The notes below the pieces were generated by a model, which ran no database searches, was not told where the DNA came from, and saw only the letters and a program-made list of their open reading frames with translations. From assembly GCA_020184695.1 (NCBI GenBank), contig JAANOX010000278.1, positions 1-64,000 of the forward strand: 64,000 bases of DNA. The letters are read 5' to 3'. This DNA is from Histomonas meleagridis 2922-C6/04-290x. Its lineage: Eukaryota > Protista > Parabasalia. Positions 24,427 to 35,083 of the stretch are shown here, one piece after another. The first letter of the stretch is position 1. Each line of letters opens with the position of its first letter. The position numbers were made by a program, and so were the translations under genes.

Positions 24427-24942
24427 TTATTCTGTATCATCCTTAGGACGTTTTTTTGGGGATTTTGGAGCTGAAATAAGAGATATAGTGGAAAGGAAAT
24501 CAGCATCGGTGAAAATGGATGCTCTTGCTGATGCAATAGAAGAAGGCGGATGGCGTGAAAGCTCGAGCATCTTTTTGGAAGCTTTACGGAGAGTTTTCAT
24601 CCACTCTTCATCTCTGTCCTGAGGGAGGTTCTGATATTTTTTGCGGAACCAAAGCTCCATATCTTGAGCCATTACGTATATCAAAGTGCCTTCGTTATTA
24701 TATATCATGGCATTTTCCCATACTTGGTTAACATCTTCTGCCCAGTTTTCATATGATTTGTATTCGTTATTATTTAATTTCTTACGAATTGTTGTGAGAT
24801 CCATTGGTCTTTGAACAATAGTAAGATAATCTGGAGCACCATCACGAATAGGGTCAACTTTGTCTTTGAATGGCCGACATAGGTCCATTCTCAGCATTTT
24901 GTTTGTGAGTTCTATGCATTTCTGTTTCTTGAAATCATTCAT
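24427..24942 (-). CDS. Bromodomain protein
   Basis: PFKDKVDP...APDYLTIVQRPMDLTTI, WENAMIYN (conserved Asn). Confidence 0.93.
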   Translation of the reverse strand: MNDFKKQKCIELTNKMLRMDLCRPFKDKVDPIRDGAPDYLTIVQRPMDLTTIRKKLNNNEYKSYENWAEDVNQVWENAMIYNNEGTLIYVMAQDMELWFRKKYQNLPQDRDEEWMKTLRKASKKMLELSRHPPSSIASARASIFTDADFLSTISLISAPKSPKKRPKDDTE

Positions 24943-25416
24943 ATATATGGGGCATCCCAAAAACGTTTAAACTGAAATGAATTTGTCACTTTTAGTTTAT
25001 TTCTTCTTTAATGAACTTGTTAAAGAAATAATAAAAACAAGAAGATACTTTTGTGTGGTATGCAAAAGAATTTTTTGCTTCAAAATATATTTTTTTTGAA
25101 ATTCAAGTTCATTGTTTTCATTTCTTTCATATAAGGCATAAATTATAGATCAATCATTTATTTTAAGCAAATAATGTTTAATCATATTGTTAACAATTAT
25201 ATAATACATTTCATAGGATTTAATTTTAGAAAATAATATTAAAGATTTTTTGTAAACAGACTTCAAATACGAAATCCGCATGAGAATTTAAATCTTGAAT
25301 GAGGACCAACGAAGTTTCCAACATTATTCATAAGATCAATGCGCAATACATTTTGATAATAATTATATTTTAAAAACATAAATTTAAACAAATTAAAAAA
25401 TAGAAACATTTTATAA

Positions 25417-27168
25417 CTACAATTTCAATTCCGATATTTCCTCCTTTATACAATACATTTTCCCTATTACATTATTAGGGATTTCTGCGATCACGTCCGC
25501 CAGTGTCATATTCAATCTTTCTTTAATTTCATTTACGACCAAAAATTTTTCATTTTCGTTGTTTAAATATTTCGATATTTTCTGTGATATTTCCGTCTGA
25601 TACAATTTCCTAAAGCAGAAAATTGTACCTTCGACCGCCGATTCGATTTGTTTTGTTCCATAACTACCACGAGCCTTTAGATTTAGAATCGGGTTCAACA
25701 AAAACTGTGTCACACATGTTGATAAAGATTGAAGTTTAATTGAAATTTTACTTTTTATATCATTTAAAACATTAATTTTTATATTCGACGAGAAAATGTT
25801 TTTCCATTTTGAAGTAATTTTATATCCAATAATTTCATAATCGAATTCCTTTAATAAGTTATATAAATTTATATAATAATTCAGTAAATATGAATCATGT
25901 TCAATTTCGTTTTCGATTTCATTTGACGTGTTTTCGATCTCTGTAAGTTCATTACTTATAAGTTGAAATGAACAATCGTTAAATAGTTCATTCGGTAATG
26001 ATATATAAAGTAATGGAAGATAATATATAACTTTTCGTTGTTGTGAAATTTGTTTAGATTGAATGTTAACTATAAATGTTAAGCGCTCTTGAATAAATAG
26101 TAATAATGTTTGGACTTTTTTATGGACTTTATCAGAACAAAATGGAATTCGATAAATGTTTTGTTCAATTCGATTACTTTTAAGCTCAAGTGACAATTGA
26201 CATAATTGATCAATGTCATTAATCTGATACAATTGCGAAGATAATGTCGAAGAATATATCGAAAATATCTCTAAAATAAGTGACTCAAAACATTTCTCAT
26301 ATTCTTTAATTGTCCCATAATTAAAAAAATCTTTCGATAATTTATACTCATCTTCAATTAAATTAAAAATGATTAAAATAGAAATAATGTTTTCATTTTT
26401 CATAATAGTCTTCGTTATAATTGTAACCCGTGCTTCTTTATAAGTTAATAACAAATTATTAAAATTTGGAAATTTCTCAAATAAAAGAAAAAGACGTTTA
26501 ATTGAGGGTGCGATAGATGTAAACTTTTGAAATGAGTCTTTGCCGTTTTCACTGGTGAATATGACACGTTTAAATGTGTTTGAAATATAAATTTTGGCTT
26601 TTTCGGCAGCTTTAGATAAAAGAGCTTCATATTTTAAGCGATGTAACTGTGCTTCTTTCAATAATGTGTTTTGTTTAAAAAACTCAATTCCATCTGATAT
26701 CTTTGAAATAACTTGTGGGAAATCTGGAAGAAGGACTGAGAACTGACTACTTTTCAGGTCCAAAGATATTTTATCAAGTTCGTCATAATAAATTAAAATT
26801 TTGTCAATTGCATTAACAAATGTTGCGAGTCTTTGTTCTTCAGTAATTTGTGACTGGCAAGCACCATTCATTAGCTCAGCGTTTGAAGCTATTTCAATTC
26901 TCTTTTTTTCAGCTGAATGAATTAATTCCTCACAATTTTTTATGCTATCGATAAGAAGATGCGACTCATCGAGCATTAGTTCCGCTGCAGTTTTAGGGAT
27001 AATTTTCGTATTCTGATTCTCCTTCTGAAGAATATCATAAAAATTTGAATTATCTGTCGGTTTATTACGCGGAGCCGCTTCCGATCGCGTTGGAACTGTC
27101 AAAAATTCGGCCATCGCGCGCCACTTCGGAGGAATGTCGGAAACTACAAATTTCCCATTTTCCCCCAT
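25417..27168 (-). CDS. COG3: COG3/Sec34-like tethering subunit
   Basis: Sec34-like region YYDELDKIS...FSVLLPDF...GIEFF...KEAQLHRLKYEALLSKA. First ATG at 27168. Confidence 0.7.
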   Translation of the reverse strand: MGENGKFVVSDIPPKWRAMAEFLTVPTRSEAAPRNKPTDNSNFYDILQKENQNTKIIPKTAAELMLDESHLLIDSIKNCEELIHSAEKKRIEIASNAELMNGACQSQITEEQRLATFVNAIDKILIYYDELDKISLDLKSSQFSVLLPDFPQVISKISDGIEFFKQNTLLKEAQLHRLKYEALLSKAAEKAKIYISNTFKRVIFTSENGKDSFQKFTSIAPSIKRLFLLFEKFPNFNNLLLTYKEARVTIITKTIMKNENIISILIIFNLIEDEYKLSKDFFNYGTIKEYEKCFESLILEIFSIYSSTLSSQLYQINDIDQLCQLSLELKSNRIEQNIYRIPFCSDKVHKKVQTLLLFIQERLTFIVNIQSKQISQQRKVIYYLPLLYISLPNELFNDCSFQLISNELTEIENTSNEIENEIEHDSYLLNYYINLYNLLKEFDYEIIGYKITSKWKNIFSSNIKINVLNDIKSKISIKLQSLSTCVTQFLLNPILNLKARGSYGTKQIESAVEGTIFCFRKLYQTEISQKISKYLNNENEKFLVVNEIKERLNMTLADVIAEIPNNVIGKMYCIKEEISELKL

Positions 27169-27328
27169 TCCTATGGCGTCACTTTTGTTACAATATTCGA
27201 CCACAAACCTCAAAATATGAAATATTTCGCTCTTTCACAAATAACAAATACAAAGTGTTCGTTAGCGTAAATTTCTTTTTTCTTATTGTCATTTACCAAA
27301 TATGATATAAACAATAGCAAATTCATCC

Positions 27329-27550
27329 TCAAAATGGTTGCTTCAAATAGAATCGTGTTACCCAGTTGATCGATTCTGGTGATACCCAAGTGGTGGCAAT
27401 CGGTAGAAAGTAATGAATATCCCAATTCATAATCCATGAAAAAACATGTCTAACAAATGGCTTCACGTTCAGAAACGCTTCTTTCTTCCCATCGTCAGGT
27501 AGTGCATCATCTGGCACGTGTGGTAATTCGTCCAAATTTGTACCTTCCAT
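27329..27550 (-). CDS. Small hypothetical protein, 73 aa
   Basis: ATG preceded by an Inr-like TCACT; acidic N-terminus. An overlapping open frame (27210-27437) makes the C-terminus uncertain. Confidence 0.45.
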   Translation of the reverse strand: MEGTNLDELPHVPDDALPDDGKKEAFLNVKPFVRHVFSWIMNWDIHYFLPIATTWVSPESINWVTRFYLKQPF

Positions 27551-27877
27551 AAATAAAAGTGACGCTTTGGAGCACCCCCAAAATTTCCAATTCATAAATT
27601 TCATTGAAATCCAAATTTAATATCAATTATATTACTATAATATTATTAACATCGTTCTCTGTAATGTATATGTCTGTAAATTATAAATTTTTAAAAAATC
27701 AAATAATTTGAATTTTTGTAATTTTTTTTTTTCAAAATTATTTTTCTTTTTTTCTGAATTAATAAATACGTAAACATATTCTAAAATATGAAAATGTGAA
27801 TTGCGTGTTCCAATATTTGATTTTTTTGATTTTTTCACTTTTCAATTGAAATAGAATCCATAAAAAACGTTATCTGG

Positions 27878-30109
27878 ATGGGGTGCTCATCCTCCAGAGA
27901 CACACGTGTCACTCCCCAAAAGACGATCAGACTGTCTGAGGCACCAAGCACTTCCAGCAGAGGTGAGAAGAAGTACAACCCGAAGAAAATCATCAAAGAA
28001 TTTCATAAGCATTTTGTCAAGATCACCTCCGAGATCCAAGCAATCAAATGCCCAGAGGAGATGCACCCTCCGCTGTGCATTGGGGAGGATGCATATCCGA
28101 TATTACTGTCGCCAATATATTTAGAAAGTAATGAGCCCGTCAATATTCTGATGCCGATTGTTTCCATATCATATATTAACAATGTTCGCATTATGTGTAT
28201 TTCGCAGATACAATTTTTATCACTTTTATATTTCGATAGTTGTGATACATTTAAGTTCATATCAAGTTGTTTGGTATGGCTTTCAAGAGGAAATCGAATC
28301 ATTGGATCGCCAATTCTCTTTTATCGATTTCCAGAGAAGTATTCCCAAGATGCAAAGAAATCATTTTATCGATCTGGTATCAAAATATTAATAGTCAATA
28401 CTCCAGAAATCGATTTCTCGCCGTACCAAATAATTTTCATACCGAGTAACATCGAATTAGATTCAGAAGAAAGAATCAAATTAAAATCATTCATTAATTC
28501 TGGCGGTGGACTCTTTTGTTTTTATTGTCCAGTCGAATTATTTCCAACAGTTGACGTATCGCCGACAGCTATTAATGACTTTTTAATTGATTATGGATTA
28601 TCATTTTCATGTTGTAAATTGGCACCAAATCCAACTCGGAAAACAGCGGAATTTATATATGGACCAGACCGACTTATTCGACATCATCTTTTATATCATG
28701 TTAAATACTTTTGTGACATGATGGAAAGTCTTCAACTTGATGAAGGTTGTTTAGATGATACAATTACAGCATTAAGGTATTATATCATTGTATGTGATAA
28801 TCGACATTTGGATTTGTTCATTCAGATTCTTGATAAAAGTTGGTCATTTTTAAACGCTACGAATTTCGTTAATGAGAATGGTATTGGTGAACATATAACA
28901 CAAAGTCTTGTAATAGTTTTAATGTGTGAAGTATTACGTTTAATACCACCACAATTTCTAACTAAGAATCCACTTTCGAAGACATTTCCAGGTGAAACAC
29001 TTAGAGCTTATTGTACCAATTATAAATTGGACATTAAAATTAGAGATGAAAGTTGGATTTCAACAGGACTTTGGTTACCAGCAGGTCAAACGGCAATTAT
29101 AAAATGTTTAAATCCTCCATTAGGTTTACATGTTCAAATTGGTTCTCATAATATGTCATTATTATCGAAACAAGGTCCTTGGAATCGTTGGCCTGAAATA
29201 GTAAATGTATATATTATAGACAAAGAACAAATTACTGTCGGATCTTCTTTTGGAGGAATTGTTTATGTTTATTTCTCGTTTAGTGAAACAGAATGTCGAT
29301 CAGGACTTATGGATGAAACTGATCAAAGGATTTTAATTGAATTCGAAGGATTTTCACAATATCCTCGTTATGTATATGATAAACCAGAAGTATTTATGAA
29401 AACTAAAGAATTCGAAATTCCTTGGGCTGAAATTACTACCAAAACATTTATCATTACTTTACCTACGAAAATGCTTATGTTAAGTTCCCAAAAAGTATTA
29501 AATGAACTTTGTAATAAACTTGACGAATATGTAATAACTGTTACTAATTATATGGAATATAAAATTGGTAGAAAATTTCGATTAGTTTTTGATTGCGAAG
29601 ATTCAAATAATTATTCTTATGGTTATCCAATAATATTACATTTAACAAATATCGATGATATAATTCTAAAGATTTCTCAACCTTCACTTGGAATTTTTAA
29701 CTTAATTAGAGCTGTTGCTGTTTTGTCTTTACGTGAAGGTTACTTTGATCCTGAAACAGAAGTAGGAATTGGTACATTAATTGCTGCAATGTTCTTCAAG
29801 AAGATGTGGCCGGACTTTGATATGTTTTCAATTCCTGGAATAAAAATTCCCCAAATGTTTGAACCATTATCAATAATACAAACAAAAGTTAGTCAATCAT
29901 TAATTACTTCTATAATTAGAAGCTCACAAAAAGCTTTATTTCCTTATTATGAACTACCAGAGGATATGTGGGTAAGATTTGTAAGGGAACTTTGTAATAA
30001 TGCTAAAATGAATTTGACCCCAATGTTAAGGAGATATAGACCAATTCCTATAAGCGTAGTAAATTCTTTGTCGAACTTACCACAGATGCAACCAATTTTG
30101 TTTGCGTAA
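27878..30109 (+). CDS. M60-like/TCAF-family protein lacking HExxH, with an MGC N-terminus
   Basis: WISTGLWLPAG, LHVQIGSH, IPWAEI, GYPI and ETEV motifs. No HExxH anywhere in the ORF. Confidence 0.8.
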   Translation: MGCSSSRDTRVTPQKTIRLSEAPSTSSRGEKKYNPKKIIKEFHKHFVKITSEIQAIKCPEEMHPPLCIGEDAYPILLSPIYLESNEPVNILMPIVSISYINNVRIMCISQIQFLSLLYFDSCDTFKFISSCLVWLSRGNRIIGSPILFYRFPEKYSQDAKKSFYRSGIKILIVNTPEIDFSPYQIIFIPSNIELDSEERIKLKSFINSGGGLFCFYCPVELFPTVDVSPTAINDFLIDYGLSFSCCKLAPNPTRKTAEFIYGPDRLIRHHLLYHVKYFCDMMESLQLDEGCLDDTITALRYYIIVCDNRHLDLFIQILDKSWSFLNATNFVNENGIGEHITQSLVIVLMCEVLRLIPPQFLTKNPLSKTFPGETLRAYCTNYKLDIKIRDESWISTGLWLPAGQTAIIKCLNPPLGLHVQIGSHNMSLLSKQGPWNRWPEIVNVYIIDKEQITVGSSFGGIVYVYFSFSETECRSGLMDETDQRILIEFEGFSQYPRYVYDKPEVFMKTKEFEIPWAEITTKTFIITLPTKMLMLSSQKVLNELCNKLDEYVITVTNYMEYKIGRKFRLVFDCEDSNNYSYGYPIILHLTNIDDIILKISQPSLGIFNLIRAVAVLSLREGYFDPETEVGIGTLIAAMFFKKMWPDFDMFSIPGIKIPQMFEPLSIIQTKVSQSLITSIIRSSQKALFPYYELPEDMWVRFVRELCNNAKMNLTPMLRRYRPIPISVVNSLSNLPQMQPILFA

Positions 30110-30137
30110 ATGTTATTTGAAGTTTATATTTTCATTT

Positions 30138-30578
30138 TTAAAAATGTCGTTTTTCATTAGCTTCTTCCATTTTGGTTGCGCGATCAATTTTTCTTCTTCG
30201 TTTTGTGATGAGTTTCCTAAGTTTTGATAAACTTTTCTCTAATTTATCAATTCGATTGATGTTTTCTTGTGACATTTCATCAATTTTATTAATGGAATCT
30301 TCAAATGTTTCGGTTTGACTACTTAAGAGATCATTGAAATGTTGAACAACTCTTTCTTGTGATTCTTTAAAGATATCTTCTTCTGTTTTAATTGCACCAA
30401 TAAAACCTGGTGGTTCTGCCATGATTCTAGGATTTCGATTACAGATTCGAGTTGGATATGTTGTAAGATCTTTTGGAAATCTTATGTCATTATCCATAAA
30501 AACACTGGTAATATCCATCCCAGAATCATTTCCTTTTTCATTGTTTGGAAATGTTGTTGCATCATTTGAAGTTGACAT
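30138..30578 (-). CDS. Hypothetical coiled-coil protein
   Basis: ATG ORF of 146 aa with a heptad-like C-terminal half. Confidence 0.7.
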   Translation of the reverse strand: MSTSNDATTFPNNEKGNDSGMDITSVFMDNDIRFPKDLTTYPTRICNRNPRIMAEPPGFIGAIKTEEDIFKESQERVVQHFNDLLSSQTETFEDSINKIDEMSQENINRIDKLEKSLSKLRKLITKRRRKIDRATKMEEANEKRHF

Positions 30579-30700
30579 ATGAAAATTATTTAAAACATCA
30601 AAAATTTGATGCGATGCACTTTTTTAAGTTTTAAAATTAAAAAAATATAAAAATAAGTAAAAATGATAGAATTTATATTTTAGATAATATTTATTTCTAT

Positions 30701-31360
30701 TTAATTTAGATCAAAATCACCATAAAGATAGGAATTGTCGATGTCCCAAATTGTATTTTCTGTTTCTGCAAAATTAAACAAATAGTCCGAATTATCTGAA
30801 GATGTATTAGCAACAAGTTCGTTCTGAACCTGTGGTACATTTCCCATTTCTGGAAATTCAAATGTTTCTGGAATTTTTGTGGATACAGTTTTAATTGCTC
30901 GTTCTTTGGTTTTGTATACTTTCTTTGGATCTAATTCTCGTACACTCCATTTTTTGAGTTCGATCGGATAATTTTTTATAGCAGGATATTTTTCAATTAA
31001 TGTATTAACGAAATTTGTATTTCCTAAACTACTGTTATATCCCATTTTTTGGAATGAACCATTGATAGAGCTTTTGCACTTAAGTATTAAAATGCTTAGT
31101 TGACGTGTATTAAGTAATATAGCATTGTCAAGCCAAAATATACCACAGTTCATACATCTCTTCCAATCATTTCCATCACCTCTTATTGCATAACTTTTAA
31201 TCTTTTCAAGAGATTGTTGGAATGTACTGATTCTCTGATTTCTTTGATTCTTAGCTTGCATAGAAAAGGAAGACTTCAACATGTAATACTGATATTTGCT
31301 TTCATTGTCCAAAAGTTGGAAATAATTTGGGATCGCATTAAGTTGACTATTCATCTTCAA
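30701..31360 (-). CDS. IBP39-type initiator-binding domain (IBD) transcription factor
   Basis: DWKRCMNCGIFW, LNTRQLSILILKCKSSINGSFQKMGY and KKWSVR. Confidence 0.9.
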   Translation of the reverse strand: MKMNSQLNAIPNYFQLLDNESKYQYYMLKSSFSMQAKNQRNQRISTFQQSLEKIKSYAIRGDGNDWKRCMNCGIFWLDNAILLNTRQLSILILKCKSSINGSFQKMGYNSSLGNTNFVNTLIEKYPAIKNYPIELKKWSVRELDPKKVYKTKERAIKTVSTKIPETFEFPEMGNVPQVQNELVANTSSDNSDYLFNFAETENTIWDIDNSYLYGDFDLN

Positions 31361-31967
31361 AGTTTGATTGCTGACCTGTTCATTTAGCGGTTTTTAACTT
31401 TTTATATTGCATTGTAATCAACCTGTTTCCTCTCAAATAAGTGGTTTATACTCAGAAAACTGTAGGACCACTCGTCATTTCAAAAAGCTGATTTTTGAAA
31501 TGCTGTCAAAGCCGTTTTACAAAATAATCATCAAGGCTTAAAATATGAATATCTTTTTTTTGAATCAATGAAAAATGAAAATAAATTATAGATAAATAAA
31601 CAAGGAAATAAAGTATTTAATACTATATTCAAAAATTTATATTATACGTAAAAATGATGATAATTTTTAATAATAATATAAACTAAACATACTTCAACAT
31701 TTTTGTTGGCTTGCACTAAGCAAAAAGAAAGTTTTTGTGGTTGAAAGAAAAAAAATTTGTTCTGGAACGGTTTGTTTGAATTTTGCATGCAATTTTCGGT
31801 TATCATCAGATTGCAATTAGATGTAAAAAACTTGCAAAAGCAAAACCAAAACAAGTTTTATTCGAACAGCGGCGTATTTACGTAAACAAAAAAATCAAAA
31901 CATATAAAGATTATTATTTATTTATTTTTAGTTTGATCTATTCAACGATAAAAAACATTTTCTAATA

Positions 31968-34325
31968 TCATTTTTTGTATACATTTTTAAAACGATTTAT
32001 TTTTGTTCTTGAGAAATCTTTTGTTAATTCTCTTTCTAATTTCGGATCTTTTACTAATTCATTTCTAACAACTTCTTTAATCTGTGCAATCTGTTCTTCG
32101 TTTATATTATAATTTGCCAATTCTTGTTTATCCATTACATAAACATAAGCATAAGCCTTCAGTAATGGTTCGTAAGCATCTCCGAAATTATCTTTAGATA
32201 ACTTAAGTTTCAACAACGACGAAATAATATTTGATGTAACATTGGTTTCCTTAGGGAAAGGAATTGATTCGATAATACTAATCAAAGCATTCACATTAAA
32301 TTTATTGGATATTGTTACAGCAGAACAATAAAGATTCATTGCTGATACTAATGAATCAGTAACCATTGGTTCTTCTTCATCTGAATCACTTTTAATGATT
32401 ATTGGTTCAATAAGTTCAATGATTTTTATGGAATTTATATGTTCGCTTTTACGATTACAAATTTTTGTAAGTAAATTAAAAACTGAAATTGGTTCTTCTG
32501 TTATTTCACTATACATATCAAATGATGGAATTAACTCAATTAATGAGTCCGATAATTCTTGTACTTCATTATCATTAAGTAAATTAAGTTCAAATGCTTT
32601 TGTTAATGGTTCTATTATTGATGTTATCATCCATGAAGGGACAATCGATGAATATTTGATAAGTGGCAAAATTATAAATTGTGAATTAGTTAAATTCCGT
32701 TTGATATATGATTTAATAAAATGAAAAATAATTGATTTACTATCAGCCATTGAATAAATTGGTAAATTATATGTAATCGAGAGTTGACCGTTTATGATCT
32801 TCTGAACAAAGTCTGTCAAATCCGTTAACGGATTTTGTTTCGAAAGTTTATTCAAAACGTCAAGTAAAGCATTCAATATGTCGTTATTTGTTTCTTTTAA
32901 TGCTAAAATTTCTATTTCTTTTTGTAAGTCAATAATTTGTTGTTCATTAAGTTTGTTCATTATAGCATAAATTATAGTACAGAAACAAAATATTATATTT
33001 TTTTCAGCATTTTTAATATTATCAAAAACGAAATTAATTAATTTTGGAACAATGTTTTGACCGAAATTAAATGAAGTTAATGAAGAAAGTGATTGTGCAA
33101 TTGCAGCTTTTTCTTTTGGACTCGAAGTAGTTTCATTTGATATTATATAATCAGCAACAATTTCAACATCTTTCGAAAATATCGAAATCTTATTTTCGCC
33201 GAATTTATCAGCAATAACATAAAGAAGTTCAATTGCATTTGCATAAAAATTTGTTTTTTGCTTAAGAACGATTTGATGTATAGTTAAAAGACAATCTTTT
33301 AATATGTCACTAATAAATCGTTCATTAATTGAACAGAAAAACGCAAAAATAGGAAGTAAAAATCCGTCAATTTCAATATCCGATTTAAGTTTCGTTATTG
33401 CAAACTCAAAAATGGGTTTGAATGTGTTAATGTCAGCTGATTCAGTATCATCAAGAAACTTTAAAATAAGTTTAAAGAAAAGATTTCGTTCTTCTGTCGG
33501 ATATTTAGGAAATTGCTCAATTAAACGTGAAATATATTCAGGTGTATCAAAAACTCCGCATTCTATAAGTCTTCGTAATGATTTATGCGCTCTATATTGG
33601 ATAGATTTATCATCATGAAGTAAAAGATTATAAATGTTATCAAACAAATCTGTTGGAATAATTTGTGGATTTTGACCGAATTGATAACTGATACGTTCAG
33701 ATAAGAAACATGCGGAAATGATTTGAGGTTTATCACCTTTAAATAGTTTGGAGAGCAGATTTAAAAAGAAATACGAAGACCCATCAATATGGTCGATAAA
33801 AGCTGATGCTAATGGTGCAAAAAATATTGTGGAAGAAACAATTTTATCTGTTTCGGATTTGGTTTTTAGTATGGAAAATGCTTCTTCGTAAACTTTTTGA
33901 TTGATAGAAGCAGCTTCAATGGTATCAATGTAAGAAACATATTGATCAAAATTATTTATATCAATAAAATCAATTGAGGAATTAATAAGAGATTTGGCAT
34001 TGGATTCACTAATGAAAGGGAAAAGGGCCATGAGAACTTCAAATGTATGAATATCATTTTTATCTGTTGTTAATTTAGCAATTAATTCTGAAATCTTCTG
34101 TGGATTAGATTCTGAAAATGTTGGAACAATTGAAACTAAGCATTCTAAATATTGAATAAAAAGAAAGAAAGATTTTGTATTTGTTTCTGCAATTTGAATT
34201 ATACTGTTCCATATTTCTGTAATTTGGTTTGAGTCGAGTTCTACTTTCTCTGTTTGACGACATGTTTTAGATAAATATTCTAAAAGATTCTTTTGTTCCA
34301 TCTGACCTCGACCAAAATCTGTCAT
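31968..34325 (-). CDS. HEAT/ARM-repeat protein
   Basis: 785-aa all-helical amphipathic pattern; specific family (possibly importin-beta-like) not resolved. Confidence 0.6.
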   Translation of the reverse strand: MTDFGRGQMEQKNLLEYLSKTCRQTEKVELDSNQITEIWNSIIQIAETNTKSFFLFIQYLECLVSIVPTFSESNPQKISELIAKLTTDKNDIHTFEVLMALFPFISESNAKSLINSSIDFIDINNFDQYVSYIDTIEAASINQKVYEEAFSILKTKSETDKIVSSTIFFAPLASAFIDHIDGSSYFFLNLLSKLFKGDKPQIISACFLSERISYQFGQNPQIIPTDLFDNIYNLLLHDDKSIQYRAHKSLRRLIECGVFDTPEYISRLIEQFPKYPTEERNLFFKLILKFLDDTESADINTFKPIFEFAITKLKSDIEIDGFLLPIFAFFCSINERFISDILKDCLLTIHQIVLKQKTNFYANAIELLYVIADKFGENKISIFSKDVEIVADYIISNETTSSPKEKAAIAQSLSSLTSFNFGQNIVPKLINFVFDNIKNAEKNIIFCFCTIIYAIMNKLNEQQIIDLQKEIEILALKETNNDILNALLDVLNKLSKQNPLTDLTDFVQKIINGQLSITYNLPIYSMADSKSIIFHFIKSYIKRNLTNSQFIILPLIKYSSIVPSWMITSIIEPLTKAFELNLLNDNEVQELSDSLIELIPSFDMYSEITEEPISVFNLLTKICNRKSEHINSIKIIELIEPIIIKSDSDEEEPMVTDSLVSAMNLYCSAVTISNKFNVNALISIIESIPFPKETNVTSNIISSLLKLKLSKDNFGDAYEPLLKAYAYVYVMDKQELANYNINEEQIAQIKEVVRNELVKDPKLERELTKDFSRTKINRFKNVYKK

Positions 34326-34420
34326 TTTTGTTTTAATTCAAAATTAAATGTCATATTTGATTTTTTGGCATTTATTTTTTCATTCAATAAAAAACGTCAT
34401 AATTGTTTTATTGCTGGTTA

Positions 34421-35083
34421 ATGTTAAATCTGTTGTTTATACTAAGTTCATCATTATCACAACTTACTGACCGAGAATTCAAAGAAAATATTATAAATGG
34501 AAAAGCTAAAGAGCCATGGTTTGTTATGTTTACTAATGAGAATTGTCCAAATTGTATTATTGCACTTCCTGAATTTGAAAAGGCTGCTGAATTAGCACGT
34601 GGATTTGTTACATTTTCTACTGCACAAGTTAAAGACACACCAGAAATGGCACGTCGCTTGGGTGTTTATGCAGTTCCATCTTTCTTTTTATTCACAGAAA
34701 ACGGTGTCAGGCCTTATTCAGGTAGGCGCGTTTCTATTAGTTTTCTTAATTTTATTGCCGATGTTATTGGCGAGAATATTGATGAGGCAGATGAATCATG
34801 GAATGATCAAACAGATAACAGAGTCATATTATTCACAAAAAGGTTCAAGCCGCCATTTTCATTTGTTGCCACATATAGCGTCCTCAAGAACAAAGGAATC
34901 ACATTTGGAATTTCCCGCGATTCAGATGTAATCGAAGCATTTGGCAATCCTCCAACGCCATCAATTTGGTTCCTCAAGGATGGAAAAAAGGAACAATATA
35001 AAGGCAAGCAAGATTTCACTAAACTCATAGATGCTATATCGCAGTTCTATGATGTTGAAAAACAAACAGACGACGGATTATAG
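34421..35083 (+). CDS. Secretory thioredoxin-fold (PDI-like) protein
   Basis: Signal peptide, WFVMF...CPNC active site, VPSFFLF, a second redox-inactive Trx-like domain and C-terminal DDGL. Confidence 0.85.
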   Translation: MLNLLFILSSSLSQLTDREFKENIINGKAKEPWFVMFTNENCPNCIIALPEFEKAAELARGFVTFSTAQVKDTPEMARRLGVYAVPSFFLFTENGVRPYSGRRVSISFLNFIADVIGENIDEADESWNDQTDNRVILFTKRFKPPFSFVATYSVLKNKGITFGISRDSDVIEAFGNPPTPSIWFLKDGKKEQYKGKQDFTKLIDAISQFYDVEKQTDDGL

